Part shown: one piece after another, positions 20,537 to 29,669 of the stretch
Position numbering within the stretch: the stretch's first letter is position 1
Layout of the letters: the number at the start of each line of letters is the position of its first letter
Virus record (IMG/VR): IMGVR_UViG_3300013132_006127
DNA from: a virus
Strand: one strand, 5' to 3'
DNA: 64,000 bases
Made by a program: the position numbers and the translations under genes
The notes under the pieces: generated by a model
Seen by the model: only the letters and a program-made list of their open reading frames with translations
Databases searched by the model: none
Told to the model about the DNA's origin: nothing

Positions 20537-21679
20537 TTACTTCAATAAATCTTCAATAGTATTAAAATAAAACTTAGTTTTTTCTTTGGAATCCTCACTG
20601 AACAACTTTATTTTTTTTCTAATTTCTACTTCATTTTTGAGTGTTGTATCTAAATCATACAATAATTCATTAAGTTTATTTGGTAATTCTTCAATTCTGT
20701 AAAACGAGCTTGGAAGTTCAGTCATACTATGTAAAGCACGGGTTTTATGACTATCTGTTCCGAATAATACACAAGGAGTTCCTGATAGTGAGGCTAATAT
20801 AGAAGCGTGCCATCTGCCGGATACAAAAGCTCTAGAATGAGCAAAAATGGATGCCAACTCTTCGAAAGTGGTATTTTCAACCGAAATTCTAACAATTTGC
20901 ATTTCATCACACAGTTTTTTCAAAATATCAGACGATATAGGAGCATTACCATCAACAAGTACCACTTGGCCATAACGGTTTTGTATTTCAAGAATCATTT
21001 TCTTGTAAAAATCTTTAATTGACCAATCAACATAACCAGAAGACGCTGAGTCTCCTATACAGACATATGGTTTATTAAAATCTATTACTTTAGAAAATTT
21101 ATTAATTAAAGACAGATTAACAGTATAGCTAAATAAAGCGTCTGGGATATATTTTGATTTTGAAAATCCTATATTTTCCAAAACTTTAACGGAAAAGGGA
21201 TCACGAACAAGCACGTCTTTACACAAAGGATAAATGTTCCTAATCATCTCTTTAGGCTCTTCTTGATCAGGATCTACTATGTGATTGATAATTGAGCATG
21301 GTTTATTGAAATATTTAGTTGTTAAATACATCAAAAAAAGAATATATCTAGCTCCTGGCCTGTAATCTCCTCCTTTATTGTGAATATTATGCACAATATT
21401 ACCTTCGCCATTGACACAAACAGCATCACAATCTTGCAATAGTCTGTATTCGGTTTTCATGATATCACCATTAATTACTTTTTTTGCATGATTGTCAAAA
21501 TCTTTAAACTGTGTAGGAACAGGCTCTTTGAAAAATGAAGGCTGATCAATTATGGAAAGGTTTTGATCTCCTACGATTTTTTTAGTAATTGTTATCAAAG
21601 ATGTTGAAGTGGCTATAGCACCAAAATTTTTACACGGTCTATAATCTCCCACAAGCAGTAGTTTTTTATCTTTTATCAT
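20537..21679 (-). CDS. Polysaccharide pyruvyl transferase family protein
   Basis: NFGA, VNGEGN, VRDPFS, IPDALF, SGRWH; paralogue of the preceding gene. Confidence 0.8.
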   Translation of the reverse strand: MIKDKKLLLVGDYRPCKNFGAIATSTSLITITKKIVGDQNLSIIDQPSFFKEPVPTQFKDFDNHAKKVINGDIMKTEYRLLQDCDAVCVNGEGNIVHNIHNKGGDYRPGARYILFLMYLTTKYFNKPCSIINHIVDPDQEEPKEMIRNIYPLCKDVLVRDPFSVKVLENIGFSKSKYIPDALFSYTVNLSLINKFSKVIDFNKPYVCIGDSASSGYVDWSIKDFYKKMILEIQNRYGQVVLVDGNAPISSDILKKLCDEMQIVRISVENTTFEELASIFAHSRAFVSGRWHASILASLSGTPCVLFGTDSHKTRALHSMTELPSSFYRIEELPNKLNELLYDLDTTLKNEVEIRKKIKLFSEDSKEKTKFYFNTIEDLLK

Positions 21680-22436
21680 AAAGAACTTCCTTTACATATG
21701 CGTCAATTATTTCTTTTGGAAACAAATTTGTTGATCCTCCACCGAAGCGAGGGTTTATTTCAAATATAATGGGTTTGTCGTCCACTATTTTATAATCAAA
21801 ACAACAAACGCCTCTAAAATTTATTTTATTTAATATTTCATCAAAAACTTTAACGTGCTTTTGTTCTAAATCAATCAGAGTACCACCACAGTGTTTATTG
21901 TAATTTAGCCCTTTAATAAATATGCTGTCTTCACATTTATATTTTACTGTTTTAATAAATTTAATTGTTGTATTGTATATAATATGGGTTGATAGCTCGT
22001 ATTCGCCTTTTATTGGTTCTTGACAAAAATGGTTTTTTGAGTTATGCCTATTAAATTCTTCTACGTTATTAATAATATAACTATCAAATCCGTAACCGCC
22101 TATATTCTTCTTTAATATAAATGGAAACTCATTATTACCTACAACTTTAAGAATATTATTTAGAAAATATTTTTGCATAAAATTTTGAAATTTAAATTTA
22201 TTATTCAATATATCTATTGTGTTTGTGTCGTAACAAACTAAAGATTTATGGTTCAGCTTTTTTGTTATGCATTCTAAAATTTTGTCTATATGTAGCGGAA
22301 TCACTACATCATAAGATTCATAATTACGACTATTATTATCTATAGTTTCAATAACTATTTCAATATCGTCGTTGATATCTAGTTTAGTTTTTAGTCTTTG
22401 ACACCAAACGTCGTGTCCAAAAATTAGTATTTTCAC
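21666..22436 (-). CDS. ATP-grasp fold protein
   Basis: NKFKF, FPFILKK..G..G, QEPIKG, CFDYK, FEINPRFGG. Confidence 0.85.
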   Translation of the reverse strand: MKILIFGHDVWCQRLKTKLDINDDIEIVIETIDNNSRNYESYDVVIPLHIDKILECITKKLNHKSLVCYDTNTIDILNNKFKFQNFMQKYFLNNILKVVGNNEFPFILKKNIGGYGFDSYIINNVEEFNRHNSKNHFCQEPIKGEYELSTHIIYNTTIKFIKTVKYKCEDSIFIKGLNYNKHCGGTLIDLEQKHVKVFDEILNKINFRGVCCFDYKIVDDKPIIFEINPRFGGGSTNLFPKEIIDAYVKEVLYDKR

Positions 22437-23254
22437 TTTCTTAAACTCTCTCTTTTTAATTTTTCTCCATCGAACAAAATCCTTGGAGACGCCGGTTGTA
22501 TCATGCTTGCTTCAATATCTCTGATGCCTTTTACCAACTTACATACACCAGAGGGCTCAAGACTACTAAGATGATCACTGCCCCACATACTATGATCTAA
22601 AGTTATGTGTCTTTCTACCCATGATGATCCTAAAACAACAGCGGCAAAAGTTGTTACCAATCCATATTCGTGTCCGCTGTATCCTATTTCTTTTTTAGGC
22701 CACTTTGCTTTTAGCCAAGTTATATATCTCAAATTCAGCTCATTTGTTGGGGCTGGATAGGTACTGTTGGTGTGCATTATAATATCTGGATCGCAGGCTT
22801 CAACACATTTTTCAACTTCTTCTTCTGTACTCATGCCTGTGCTAATTATGAGTTTATCAAAACTTTCTCTTGCATATTTACAAAGATCAAGATCGGTAAT
22901 TAGAGCGGAAGGGATTTTTGTAATACTATTGTATTTTTTCATAACATCAACACTATCTTTATCCCAAACACTAGCAAAAAAAATTATTCCCAAATCTTCT
23001 GCATATTCATACAATTCTTGTATTTGGTCATTGTTGAATTCTATTCTTTTTTTGTATTCAAGATATGTCATATCTCCCCAAGGGGTTGACCTTATTTTAT
23101 TTTTTTGATCTTCTGGAACACACAAGCCTGGGTTTCTTTTTTGTATTTTTACATAATCACAACCAGATATAGAGGCTATAGAAATAAGCTTTTTAGCAAT
23201 ATCTAAATCTCCATTATGGTTAATGCCTATTTCCGATATTATCTTGGTGTTCAT
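22433..23254 (-). CDS. neuB: Nonulosonic acid (sialic acid-type) synthase, short form without C-terminal SAF domain
   Basis: ISEIGINHNGD, KIQKR, ISTGMS, HTNSTYP, GYSGHE, ERHITLD; only 273 aa. Confidence 0.93.
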   Translation of the reverse strand: MNTKIISEIGINHNGDLDIAKKLISIASISGCDYVKIQKRNPGLCVPEDQKNKIRSTPWGDMTYLEYKKRIEFNNDQIQELYEYAEDLGIIFFASVWDKDSVDVMKKYNSITKIPSALITDLDLCKYARESFDKLIISTGMSTEEEVEKCVEACDPDIIMHTNSTYPAPTNELNLRYITWLKAKWPKKEIGYSGHEYGLVTTFAAVVLGSSWVERHITLDHSMWGSDHLSSLEPSGVCKLVKGIRDIEASMIQPASPRILFDGEKLKRESLRK

Positions 23255-23532
23255 AAACTCCTCACCACAAGATCATACAATCTTGCCTTAACAAAATCAT
23301 TTTCTTCAACTTTTAAACTTTCTTTATATAGTCTAATTTTTTCTTCTTTTTCACTTATTAGATCAGCAAGTTTTATATACGGCCAAGCTTCTGTGGGTTC
23401 GTTCTCTAAACATTTATAAAAATATTGTTTCGCAGATTCTATTTCTTCAATTGATTTATTAGGATCAACTTGTTCATTATCATCAAAGCCTAATTTTATA
23501 GCTTTTAAACCTAACATTATCCAGGATTGCAT
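23251..23532 (-). CDS. Small TPR-like protein
   Basis: AKQYFYKCLENEPTEAWPYIKLADL helical repeat pattern. Confidence 0.55.
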   Translation of the reverse strand: MQSWIMLGLKAIKLGFDDNEQVDPNKSIEEIESAKQYFYKCLENEPTEAWPYIKLADLISEKEEKIRLYKESLKVEENDFVKARLYDLVVRSL

Positions 23533-23536
23533 ATTT

Positions 23537-24466
23537 TTACCTTTTTACTAAAGTAGATTTATCTATATTTTTATATTTTTGTTCAACAACATTATCCAAA
23601 TGATACCAATTTATACTACAATCAATTTCATTATAGTATCCATAAACATTTGGATCTTCCAACAAATAGCAATAGTTGTTGTAAATTTTTATCATACTAA
23701 AATATTGTTTATTGGGCGCTTCAGAATTAAGAATTTTAATTATTTCATAATCAGGATAGAGAAAATTTAAATTTTGGTATTTATTTATGTATCCAAAAAT
23801 TCTTTCCATAGAATGAGAGTACGTTCCAGAACGTCTATCGTCTACTTTGCCTTTTTCATTATACAGCAACGGTAGGATCTTGTCTACATTCTTTGTTATG
23901 TGGTCTTTTAGTATTATTGTCCTGCCCATAAACATATTACCAGCAGCGAAATCGGAATCCTTGACTATCTCATAATCTATATTTAGTTTGTTGCATAGTT
24001 CTCTGATTTTAGTTTTATTGCTAAATTCTCTATTATTCATCAACAAAACTCGATTACAAAGAAGTCCACCGTTATCAGTTTGTAGTATTTTTTGTATGTT
24101 GGATAAAAATATTTTTTCTGATCCTATCAGATCGTTAAGAATAATTGTTCGCCAGTTAATGTGAAATTTAAAGCCCCAAGCGCTTTTTTTAGAGTGAAGC
24201 TTAACAAAAACTGGTTCCTTAACAACTTTGAGCTGTCTTAAAAAAGGAGCAACATCCGCCCCGTAATTTTCATGAAAAGACAACTCATAATCAAAATCGT
24301 CAAAATCATTTAGGAGAGGATTATCTTTACACAATCCTATATATAGTTTGATATATTTAGATAATGGTAATAATAGTTCTTTAAATTCTGGCCAAAGATC
24401 AGTATGATACAAATATAAACAAACAGCAACTTTGTTATTTTGTAACCAATTTGTTGTACAGAACAA
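23537..24466 (-). CDS. Rhamnan synthesis protein F (RgpF)-like
   Basis: LYLYHTDLWPEF, ENYGADVAPFL, KLHSKKS, FAAGNMF, HSMERIFG. Confidence 0.85.
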   Translation of the reverse strand: MFCTTNWLQNNKVAVCLYLYHTDLWPEFKELLLPLSKYIKLYIGLCKDNPLLNDFDDFDYELSFHENYGADVAPFLRQLKVVKEPVFVKLHSKKSAWGFKFHINWRTIILNDLIGSEKIFLSNIQKILQTDNGGLLCNRVLLMNNREFSNKTKIRELCNKLNIDYEIVKDSDFAAGNMFMGRTIILKDHITKNVDKILPLLYNEKGKVDDRRSGTYSHSMERIFGYINKYQNLNFLYPDYEIIKILNSEAPNKQYFSMIKIYNNYCYLLEDPNVYGYYNEIDCSINWYHLDNVVEQKYKNIDKSTLVKR

Positions 24467-24683
24467 GACTTATTACTCCGCCGGCTATTCCCATAAACAA
24501 TCCTGCTGGGCTGAGAGCCTCGTACTGGCCCACTAGATATAGTATGGCGCCTCCCATGTATGATCCTGCTACTCCCAGAGCTACTGTTTTTAAAAAGCCA
24601 AAATTTTCTTCTCCCGGAACAATACTTTTAGCAATACTACCTACAAATAAACCATAAACACACCATACTAATAAACTAAACAT
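24435..24683 (-). CDS. GlsB/YeaQ/YmgE (transglycosylase-associated) small membrane protein
   Basis: GLFVGSIAKSIVPG...LGVAGSYMGG, three hydrophobic helices. Confidence 0.85.
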   Translation of the reverse strand: MFSLLVWCVYGLFVGSIAKSIVPGEENFGFLKTVALGVAGSYMGGAILYLVGQYEALSPAGLFMGIAGGVISLVLYNKLVTK

Positions 24684-25077
24684 TTGCTGCCCCCACTAGA
24701 GTAAAAGATTCATCCTCCGTGAGATCAACACCGGTATCCAGTATAGCGTCTCTAAGCTGACTACCGTATAACTTGTAGTCTTCCGGACTTAGTTTTTCTT
24801 TGATTATTTTTTTAAGTCTCCATTTATTCAACAAAGTTCTAGATATGCACATGCTCTTAACTTGTTCATGAACAAATTTAGCTTTTTGATCCCTATTAAA
24901 AATAGAAAATTTACTAGAATTACATTCTTGAATAATTCTTACTAGTGTGAGAATAACACCAATAATCATAATTACAATTATAATATTTCCATATTTATCT
25001 TCTTTATTAGACTTGGACAAATCCATTTTATCCATAACTTTCATAGCTATTGCTTCTAATTTTGGATCAACTGTCAT
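24676..25077 (-). CDS. Single-pass membrane protein
   Basis: IIIVIMIIGVILTLV segment. Confidence 0.7.
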   Translation of the reverse strand: MTVDPKLEAIAMKVMDKMDLSKSNKEDKYGNIIIVIMIIGVILTLVRIIQECNSSKFSIFNRDQKAKFVHEQVKSMCISRTLLNKWRLKKIIKEKLSPEDYKLYGSQLRDAILDTGVDLTEDESFTLVGAANV

Positions 25078-25117
25078 CTTTAAATCTCCATTGAATTTGG
25101 AATTGTCTTATTTATAT

Positions 25118-25123
25118 TACACC
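25118..25123 (-). promoter_or_regulatory. Recurrent GGTGTA motif, putative phage late promoter
   Basis: GGTGTAATATAAA about 46 nt upstream of the 25077 start; the same motif recurs at other gene junctions. Confidence 0.5.
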
Positions 25124-25353
25124 TATTCCTCACAGTAACCACAATCTACTTTCTCTATACCGTCTCCGCTGATGTACCAACCCTTACCCTTACATACAGG
25201 ACAATCTTTTCTTTGGTATTTAGACACTATTGGAGTGTCTTTGGCTTTTATATGAGCCCCCACAACAGTTACGACAGCAGTAGAGGAAACTTTAGTACCA
25301 AAAGAAAAAAGAGTAGAGAATGTTAAAAATCCCAACAAAACAAACTTATTCAT
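25123..25353 (-). CDS. Small exported protein with CxxCxGxG Zn finger
   Basis: Signal-peptide-like N-terminus; CPVCKGKG...DCGYC. Confidence 0.7.
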   Translation of the reverse strand: MNKFVLLGFLTFSTLFSFGTKVSSTAVVTVVGAHIKAKDTPIVSKYQRKDCPVCKGKGWYISGDGIEKVDCGYCEE

Positions 25354-25355
25354 AG

Positions 25356-25559
25356 TTATTCCTTATCTTTAATAATTGTGTCTATTTTTTTCCTAAGCCA
25401 TGGAAATAGAGGTTTATCCGGTAAAGGAATAGGAATTGGAGAATCCGGTTTGGGTTTTTTCTCTTGTGGACGTAATAATCTCAATAAAGCTATTAATGCA
25501 TCTACAATAGTTTTTATTAGACTAGTGAATATCCAACTATCTATTTTGTCTTGTTTCAT
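25356..25559 (-). CDS. Small amphipathic/Pro-rich protein
   Basis: Hydrophobic helix followed by PKPDSPIPIPLPDKP. Confidence 0.6.
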   Translation of the reverse strand: MKQDKIDSWIFTSLIKTIVDALIALLRLLRPQEKKPKPDSPIPIPLPDKPLFPWLRKKIDTIIKDKE

Positions 25560-26479
25560 AAATAATCAAATCCATAGTTTGGTAATTTTTGAAGTGGGAA
25601 TCCTTCAAAGGAGCTAAAAGCAAAAGACCCACCTCCTCTTAGCATACCAGCAGCGACATCGGCTGTTATTAAGAATGATCCGTCTGGAATCTTACCCCAC
25701 GCGGGATGACCACCATCATTCCATTTACCCCAACTATTTTGTACCAAAAATAATGGTTCGCTTCCAGTGTCATCACAGGCAGTCCAAGCCATAGAATGAC
25801 TCCAACCACCACTAGGTCTTGCTACTCCTTTGTCATCCCTTGTTCTTGAGAAACCATAACCAGAACATACGTTTACTCCATAACCATTAGCTAAAGCATC
25901 TCTCGCTTCTTCAACTGTTCTAATATTGCTTACTGTTTTAATCTGATGCTTTTGAGCTAATTTTTTAACTTCATCTGGTACTCCAACGCTACCCCATCTA
26001 CTACCAATACTACTATTATACTTGCTAAGATCTATAATACCATTATAATTTTTACGTACTAGAAATCCACCAACATTATTTACAAACTCGGCGGCTCTAC
26101 TACAACTCATACCCTGACCACCATGACCACGACTACCGTAAATTGGTTCCGTTGCTCCTCTAGCAATCCATGCTTCTCTTTCATGTCCTATATGAATTTC
26201 TATTGCTCTAGTTATATCTACTGCGTTTCTAGTACCATGGCTTACGCAATCTCCAGTAGTTTGTCTTTCTTCATAAGCTAGTTTATCAAATTTTAATACG
26301 GATCTAAATGGTGTACTTAACTTACCTTTACCTGTTCCTCTAATTTTTTTGTCTGCATCGCTAAAGTAAGCATACTTAAGATGACTCATGAATTCTTCCA
26401 TATGTTCCGGTTCATATATACAACCAGAAAATCCCTGACTATACATTTCATATAGTTTTTTAGAAGAATATTTAGGCAT
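25556..26479 (-). CDS. Papain-like (C1) cysteine peptidase
   Basis: QTTGDCVSH (oxyanion Gln and catalytic Cys), WSHSM (His), VQNSWG (Asn); likely start MPKYSS at 26479. Confidence 0.88.
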   Translation of the reverse strand: MPKYSSKKLYEMYSQGFSGCIYEPEHMEEFMSHLKYAYFSDADKKIRGTGKGKLSTPFRSVLKFDKLAYEERQTTGDCVSHGTRNAVDITRAIEIHIGHEREAWIARGATEPIYGSRGHGGQGMSCSRAAEFVNNVGGFLVRKNYNGIIDLSKYNSSIGSRWGSVGVPDEVKKLAQKHQIKTVSNIRTVEEARDALANGYGVNVCSGYGFSRTRDDKGVARPSGGWSHSMAWTACDDTGSEPLFLVQNSWGKWNDGGHPAWGKIPDGSFLITADVAAGMLRGGGSFAFSSFEGFPLQKLPNYGFDYL

Positions 26480-26480
26480 A

Positions 26481-26963
26481 TTAGTTAGACCCTTCTTTGC
26501 AAGCCCACGCCAAAGCTCTAAAAACATCAACGCTCTTTTTTCTTAGCTCTGGAGATAAAGCAGCATTATCATCTCCCAAATAAGATACGACCATAGCGTT
26601 TGCCGCTTCGGCAAGATTGGGATATTTATCTTTAATGCCGAGTTTTAACATATTTCCACTAATTCTATTGGCTTCTTTAATTTCTTCTGTATTTTTTACT
26701 ACATCTTGATCTATTTCTATTAGAGTAGCTATATCATTATACAAATTCGCTAATACTAAACCGTCATTTCCACTATCATCTAAAGCTAGTATCACCGGTT
26801 GTGCAAGTTCAACTAGTCTTGGATCTGATGGTTTTTCGAATACCGCCGAATTATTTGTTAGTATAGATATAGAACCTAGATTAGAACCGAAAAGACCAAG
26901 CAGTAATAATACGCATCCTATAGCAAGTACAATAAAATTACTTTTGCTCTGTTGATGACTCAT
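26481..26963 (-). CDS. Membrane-anchored hypothetical protein
   Basis: N-terminal TM FIVLAIGCVLLLLGLF. Confidence 0.7.
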   Translation of the reverse strand: MSHQQSKSNFIVLAIGCVLLLLGLFGSNLGSISILTNNSAVFEKPSDPRLVELAQPVILALDDSGNDGLVLANLYNDIATLIEIDQDVVKNTEEIKEANRISGNMLKLGIKDKYPNLAEAANAMVVSYLGDDNAALSPELRKKSVDVFRALAWACKEGSN

Positions 26964-27306
26964 CCTTGCCCCCTTTGCATGTAACCGGACTTAGATGCGG
27001 AAACATCTGATCAGCAGCTTCTACTGCTTTTTCACAACCAGATAAAACAGCTAAGTCCCTAGTTTTTTTCCATGCTGATACTAAGTTAAAAAATACATCT
27101 TCTTTGTTGCTTACCGAGCCAACACTCGTTTTTGGTAAAGAGCTAGCCCCTTTACTAATTAGATCCTTTACAAAGTTTGTGATTCCTCCCAGTCCTAATC
27201 TATCTTTTAATAGAACCCATAGAATTAAAGCTGCCCCCGCATATAGTGCCAAATCCATGGTTGTTAATTTGCTACTAAATTCTTCAAAAGTCTGTGTAAA
27301 ATTCAT
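26938..27306 (-). CDS. Membrane-anchored hypothetical protein
   Basis: LALYAGAALILWVLL TM. Confidence 0.7.
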   Translation of the reverse strand: MNFTQTFEEFSSKLTTMDLALYAGAALILWVLLKDRLGLGGITNFVKDLISKGASSLPKTSVGSVSNKEDVFFNLVSAWKKTRDLAVLSGCEKAVEAADQMFPHLSPVTCKGGKDESSTEQK

Positions 27307-27320
27307 TTGAAAATCCTCTC

Positions 27321-27749
27321 TTATTTGTCTGAAATTTTTGGTCTAACATCTATAAAAGCATTAACCTTGGTGGCAGGATCAACGAATACCCCGGTATTTC
27401 TAAAAGTTGTTACCATAGCATCTATCGTTGCACTGACCAAGATCATCAAAAACGCTTTGACATGCTTATGTATAATAGGTTCTATCAGGTTAGGAACAAA
27501 AGGAACATCTACTACTATGAATACACTATTATAAAACTTAGAAAGTAGTTCCATAGCTATGGCTTTTTTATCTTTACCAGCTAAATCAGCCGCACTATTT
27601 TCTATTATTTGTATTGTGCTAGCTATAGCTAATTGTAATATTTTCCAAGCTTGAGAAAGAGCTACAACCTTAACTTGATTTAGGGACTCTTTTGCTTGAT
27701 TTACTAGTTTTTCTACTTCTTGGCTTACTACTTCTTTTACTTTTGACAT
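27321..27749 (-). CDS. Hypothetical amphipathic helical protein
   Basis: 142 aa ORF in operon; GKDKKAIA...DVPFVP pattern. Confidence 0.65.
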   Translation of the reverse strand: MSKVKEVVSQEVEKLVNQAKESLNQVKVVALSQAWKILQLAIASTIQIIENSAADLAGKDKKAIAMELLSKFYNSVFIVVDVPFVPNLIEPIIHKHVKAFLMILVSATIDAMVTTFRNTGVFVDPATKVNAFIDVRPKISDK

Positions 27750-28017
27750 TGGTTTTTTCCTCTGGTTTTTTCTCTATTGCTTTATTGTCTGCTTCTACAG
27801 CTATTTGCTTTATTTCTTTTCTACTATTAATATACTTATATAAAATTGCTAATTGACCACCAATCAATATTATGCTCTCAACCCCATGACTAACATCTCT
27901 AATTAGATCTTCTTTTTGACTATTTTCTCCAATAATACCTATCAGGTATAAACCACTAAATAAAAAACTAACTACAGTGAACCAAAATTCACTAGTTCTA
28001 TATCCTGGTTTTATCAT
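27670..28017 (-). CDS. Holin-like two-TM protein
   Basis: KPGYRTSEFW N-terminus, two hydrophobic helices, highly basic C-terminal tail. Confidence 0.55.
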   Translation of the reverse strand: MIKPGYRTSEFWFTVVSFLFSGLYLIGIIGENSQKEDLIRDVSHGVESIILIGGQLAILYKYINSRKEIKQIAVEADNKAIEKKPEEKTNVKSKRSSKPRSRKTSKSSKRVPKSS

Positions 28018-28025
28018 TTTGCTAC

Positions 28026-28256
28026 CTAGTCAATGTCTGGTATAATTGGTACCGGTGTTTCCGATGTGATTGGTAGACTTTTCAACCAATCTCCATAGTC
28101 AGCCCAATACTCACCTTCTTCACAATCTGTTAAAAAGTTAGCATTAATTAATAAAGTATTATTAGTACCTTGTACTGGAATAATTTGTCTATCAGAATGT
28201 TGAGCATTTAACAGCTCAAGCTGTGGTATAAAATTTGTAGCATCTAGCCAGTTCAT
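28026..28256 (-). CDS. Hypothetical protein
   Basis: 76 aa ORF coupled to the preceding virion-type gene. Confidence 0.65.
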   Translation of the reverse strand: MNWLDATNFIPQLELLNAQHSDRQIIPVQGTNNTLLINANFLTDCEEGEYWADYGDWLKSLPITSETPVPIIPDID

Positions 28257-29596
28257 TGATTTCTTCCTAGTGTGGTCTGGAAAGTAGTTAAAGCTGTATA
28301 TAATTGATTATATTGTGTTGATGTTAATGATCGTCCAATAGAATAAAATGATGATCCAGCCGGTTTACCTATCGAATAAACTGGTCCAGTAGTACCAGCC
28401 TGACGTAAACCCAATAAATAGGTTGTTAATGTAGAAACTGTAGCATTAGAATTTGTTGATGCATAATTTTCTACAAGAGCACCACTAGAACCACCGTAGG
28501 CTGTTACCGCACCATCATTCATGACAGCACAAATTAAACCATTCGAAGTATAGTTAGATCCTGTAGTATCTTTGATAGCATAGGCTCTTAATTTGTCATT
28601 AGCAGAACTTGGAGGTGTGCTAAATCCTAATCTAGATCTATATCCATTAAAATATCCATCATTACCCATGATAGTAGAATTGTACTGAGTATAAGGATTA
28701 CCAAAAACATAACAAGCAAAATGAAAGTTTAATACATCTTCAAACATTGATGATGATATTGTGGTATCTAGACCGGTTCCAAAGCCAGTACCGCTTAAAC
28801 CCCCAGTTAAACCTGTCTCATTATAATCACTAGAAACTAAATTAAAATTTGTATCAACAACTGATCCGATTGTTGATCCTCCACTCGATGTAGATAAATA
28901 TAATGGAATTAATGAAGCAGCAAGGTTATTCCCACAAACGAGATTTAATCTATAAAATTTATCTCTTAATCCATAAGATTCAATAGAATTACAGAAATCA
29001 CTTACAGCATTGAGAGTAGAGGTACTAACGGTTCCACCATTAGAAACCACTCTAGTTGCCCAGCTTAAAGCTTCGGCATTAGTCGAACCATTACTAGAAA
29101 CAGAAACTGTTGGTGTTGCTGTAACTCCAGGGCTAGATGAACTAGACGGAGTTGGAGTAGATGTATTTGTTACACCAGGATTAGTAGTTGTGCTTGTATT
29201 AGTTGGTGTTGATGTTTTAGTAGGAGTAGCAGTTGATGTTGCAGCAGGAGTTGATGTATTTGTAGGAGTAGCAGTTAATGTGGGTGCTGGTGTGGATGTT
29301 GATGTAACACTCGGAGTTGGAGTATTGGTTGGGGCATTTGTTGTAACAGGAGTAATGTTAGGATTGCCTCCGGAACTAGCTCCTCCTCCGTCTATGCCAT
29401 CCCAAACATAAACCATGGTTCCATTATAAAATCTATTACCATATTTATTTTGAATTGTTAATATAGTTGGATTAACATTAACGTTAGTATCTAGTGTAGA
29501 ATACTGAGCTGTAAAACCCACACCAACAATACCCGTACCATTTTTTATAGGTTTATTAGATTTGGCTAAGGCAATATCTGTATATGGTCTAGTCAT
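28253..29596 (-). CDS. Putative virion/fibre-associated protein with mucin-like Thr/Pro/Ser linker
   Basis: About 87 aa TPTNTSTP-type repeat region followed by a beta-rich Gly/Ser/Thr domain. Confidence 0.65.
   Translation of the reverse strand: MTRPYTDIALAKSNKPIKNGTGIVGVGFTAQYSTLDTNVNVNPTILTIQNKYGNRFYNGTMVYVWDGIDGGGASSGGNPNITPVTTNAPTNTPTPSVTSTSTPAPTLTATPTNTSTPAATSTATPTKTSTPTNTSTTTNPGVTNTSTPTPSSSSSPGVTATPTVSVSSNGSTNAEALSWATRVVSNGGTVSTSTLNAVSDFCNSIESYGLRDKFYRLNLVCGNNLAASLIPLYLSTSSGGSTIGSVVDTNFNLVSSDYNETGLTGGLSGTGFGTGLDTTISSSMFEDVLNFHFACYVFGNPYTQYNSTIMGNDGYFNGYRSRLGFSTPPSSANDKLRAYAIKDTTGSNYTSNGLICAVMNDGAVTAYGGSSGALVENYASTNSNATVSTLTTYLLGLRQAGTTGPVYSIGKPAGSSFYSIGRSLTSTQYNQLYTALTTFQTTLGRNQ
29095..29355 (-). 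repeat. Thr/Pro/Ser-rich low-complexity tandem repeat (coding)
   Basis: TPTNTSTP / TPTKTSTP / TNTSTPTP units; coordinates approximate. Confidence 0.85.
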
Positions 29597-29640
29597 TTTT
29601 TTCTCTATTAAAAGATAATTTTTACAATATATAACGTATA

Positions 29641-29646
29641 TACACC
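29641..29646 (-). promoter_or_regulatory. GGTGTA motif, putative late promoter
   Basis: GGTGTATATACGTTAT about 50 nt upstream of the 29596 start. Confidence 0.5.
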
Positions 29647-29669
29647 AAAGTTAAAACAATAAAATATAA

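Noticed and set aside
10133-24466. Interpretation as a bacterial O-antigen or capsule locus (host contamination)
   Set aside because: Contiguous and co-oriented with phage replication and virion genes, with no transport genes and no visible junction
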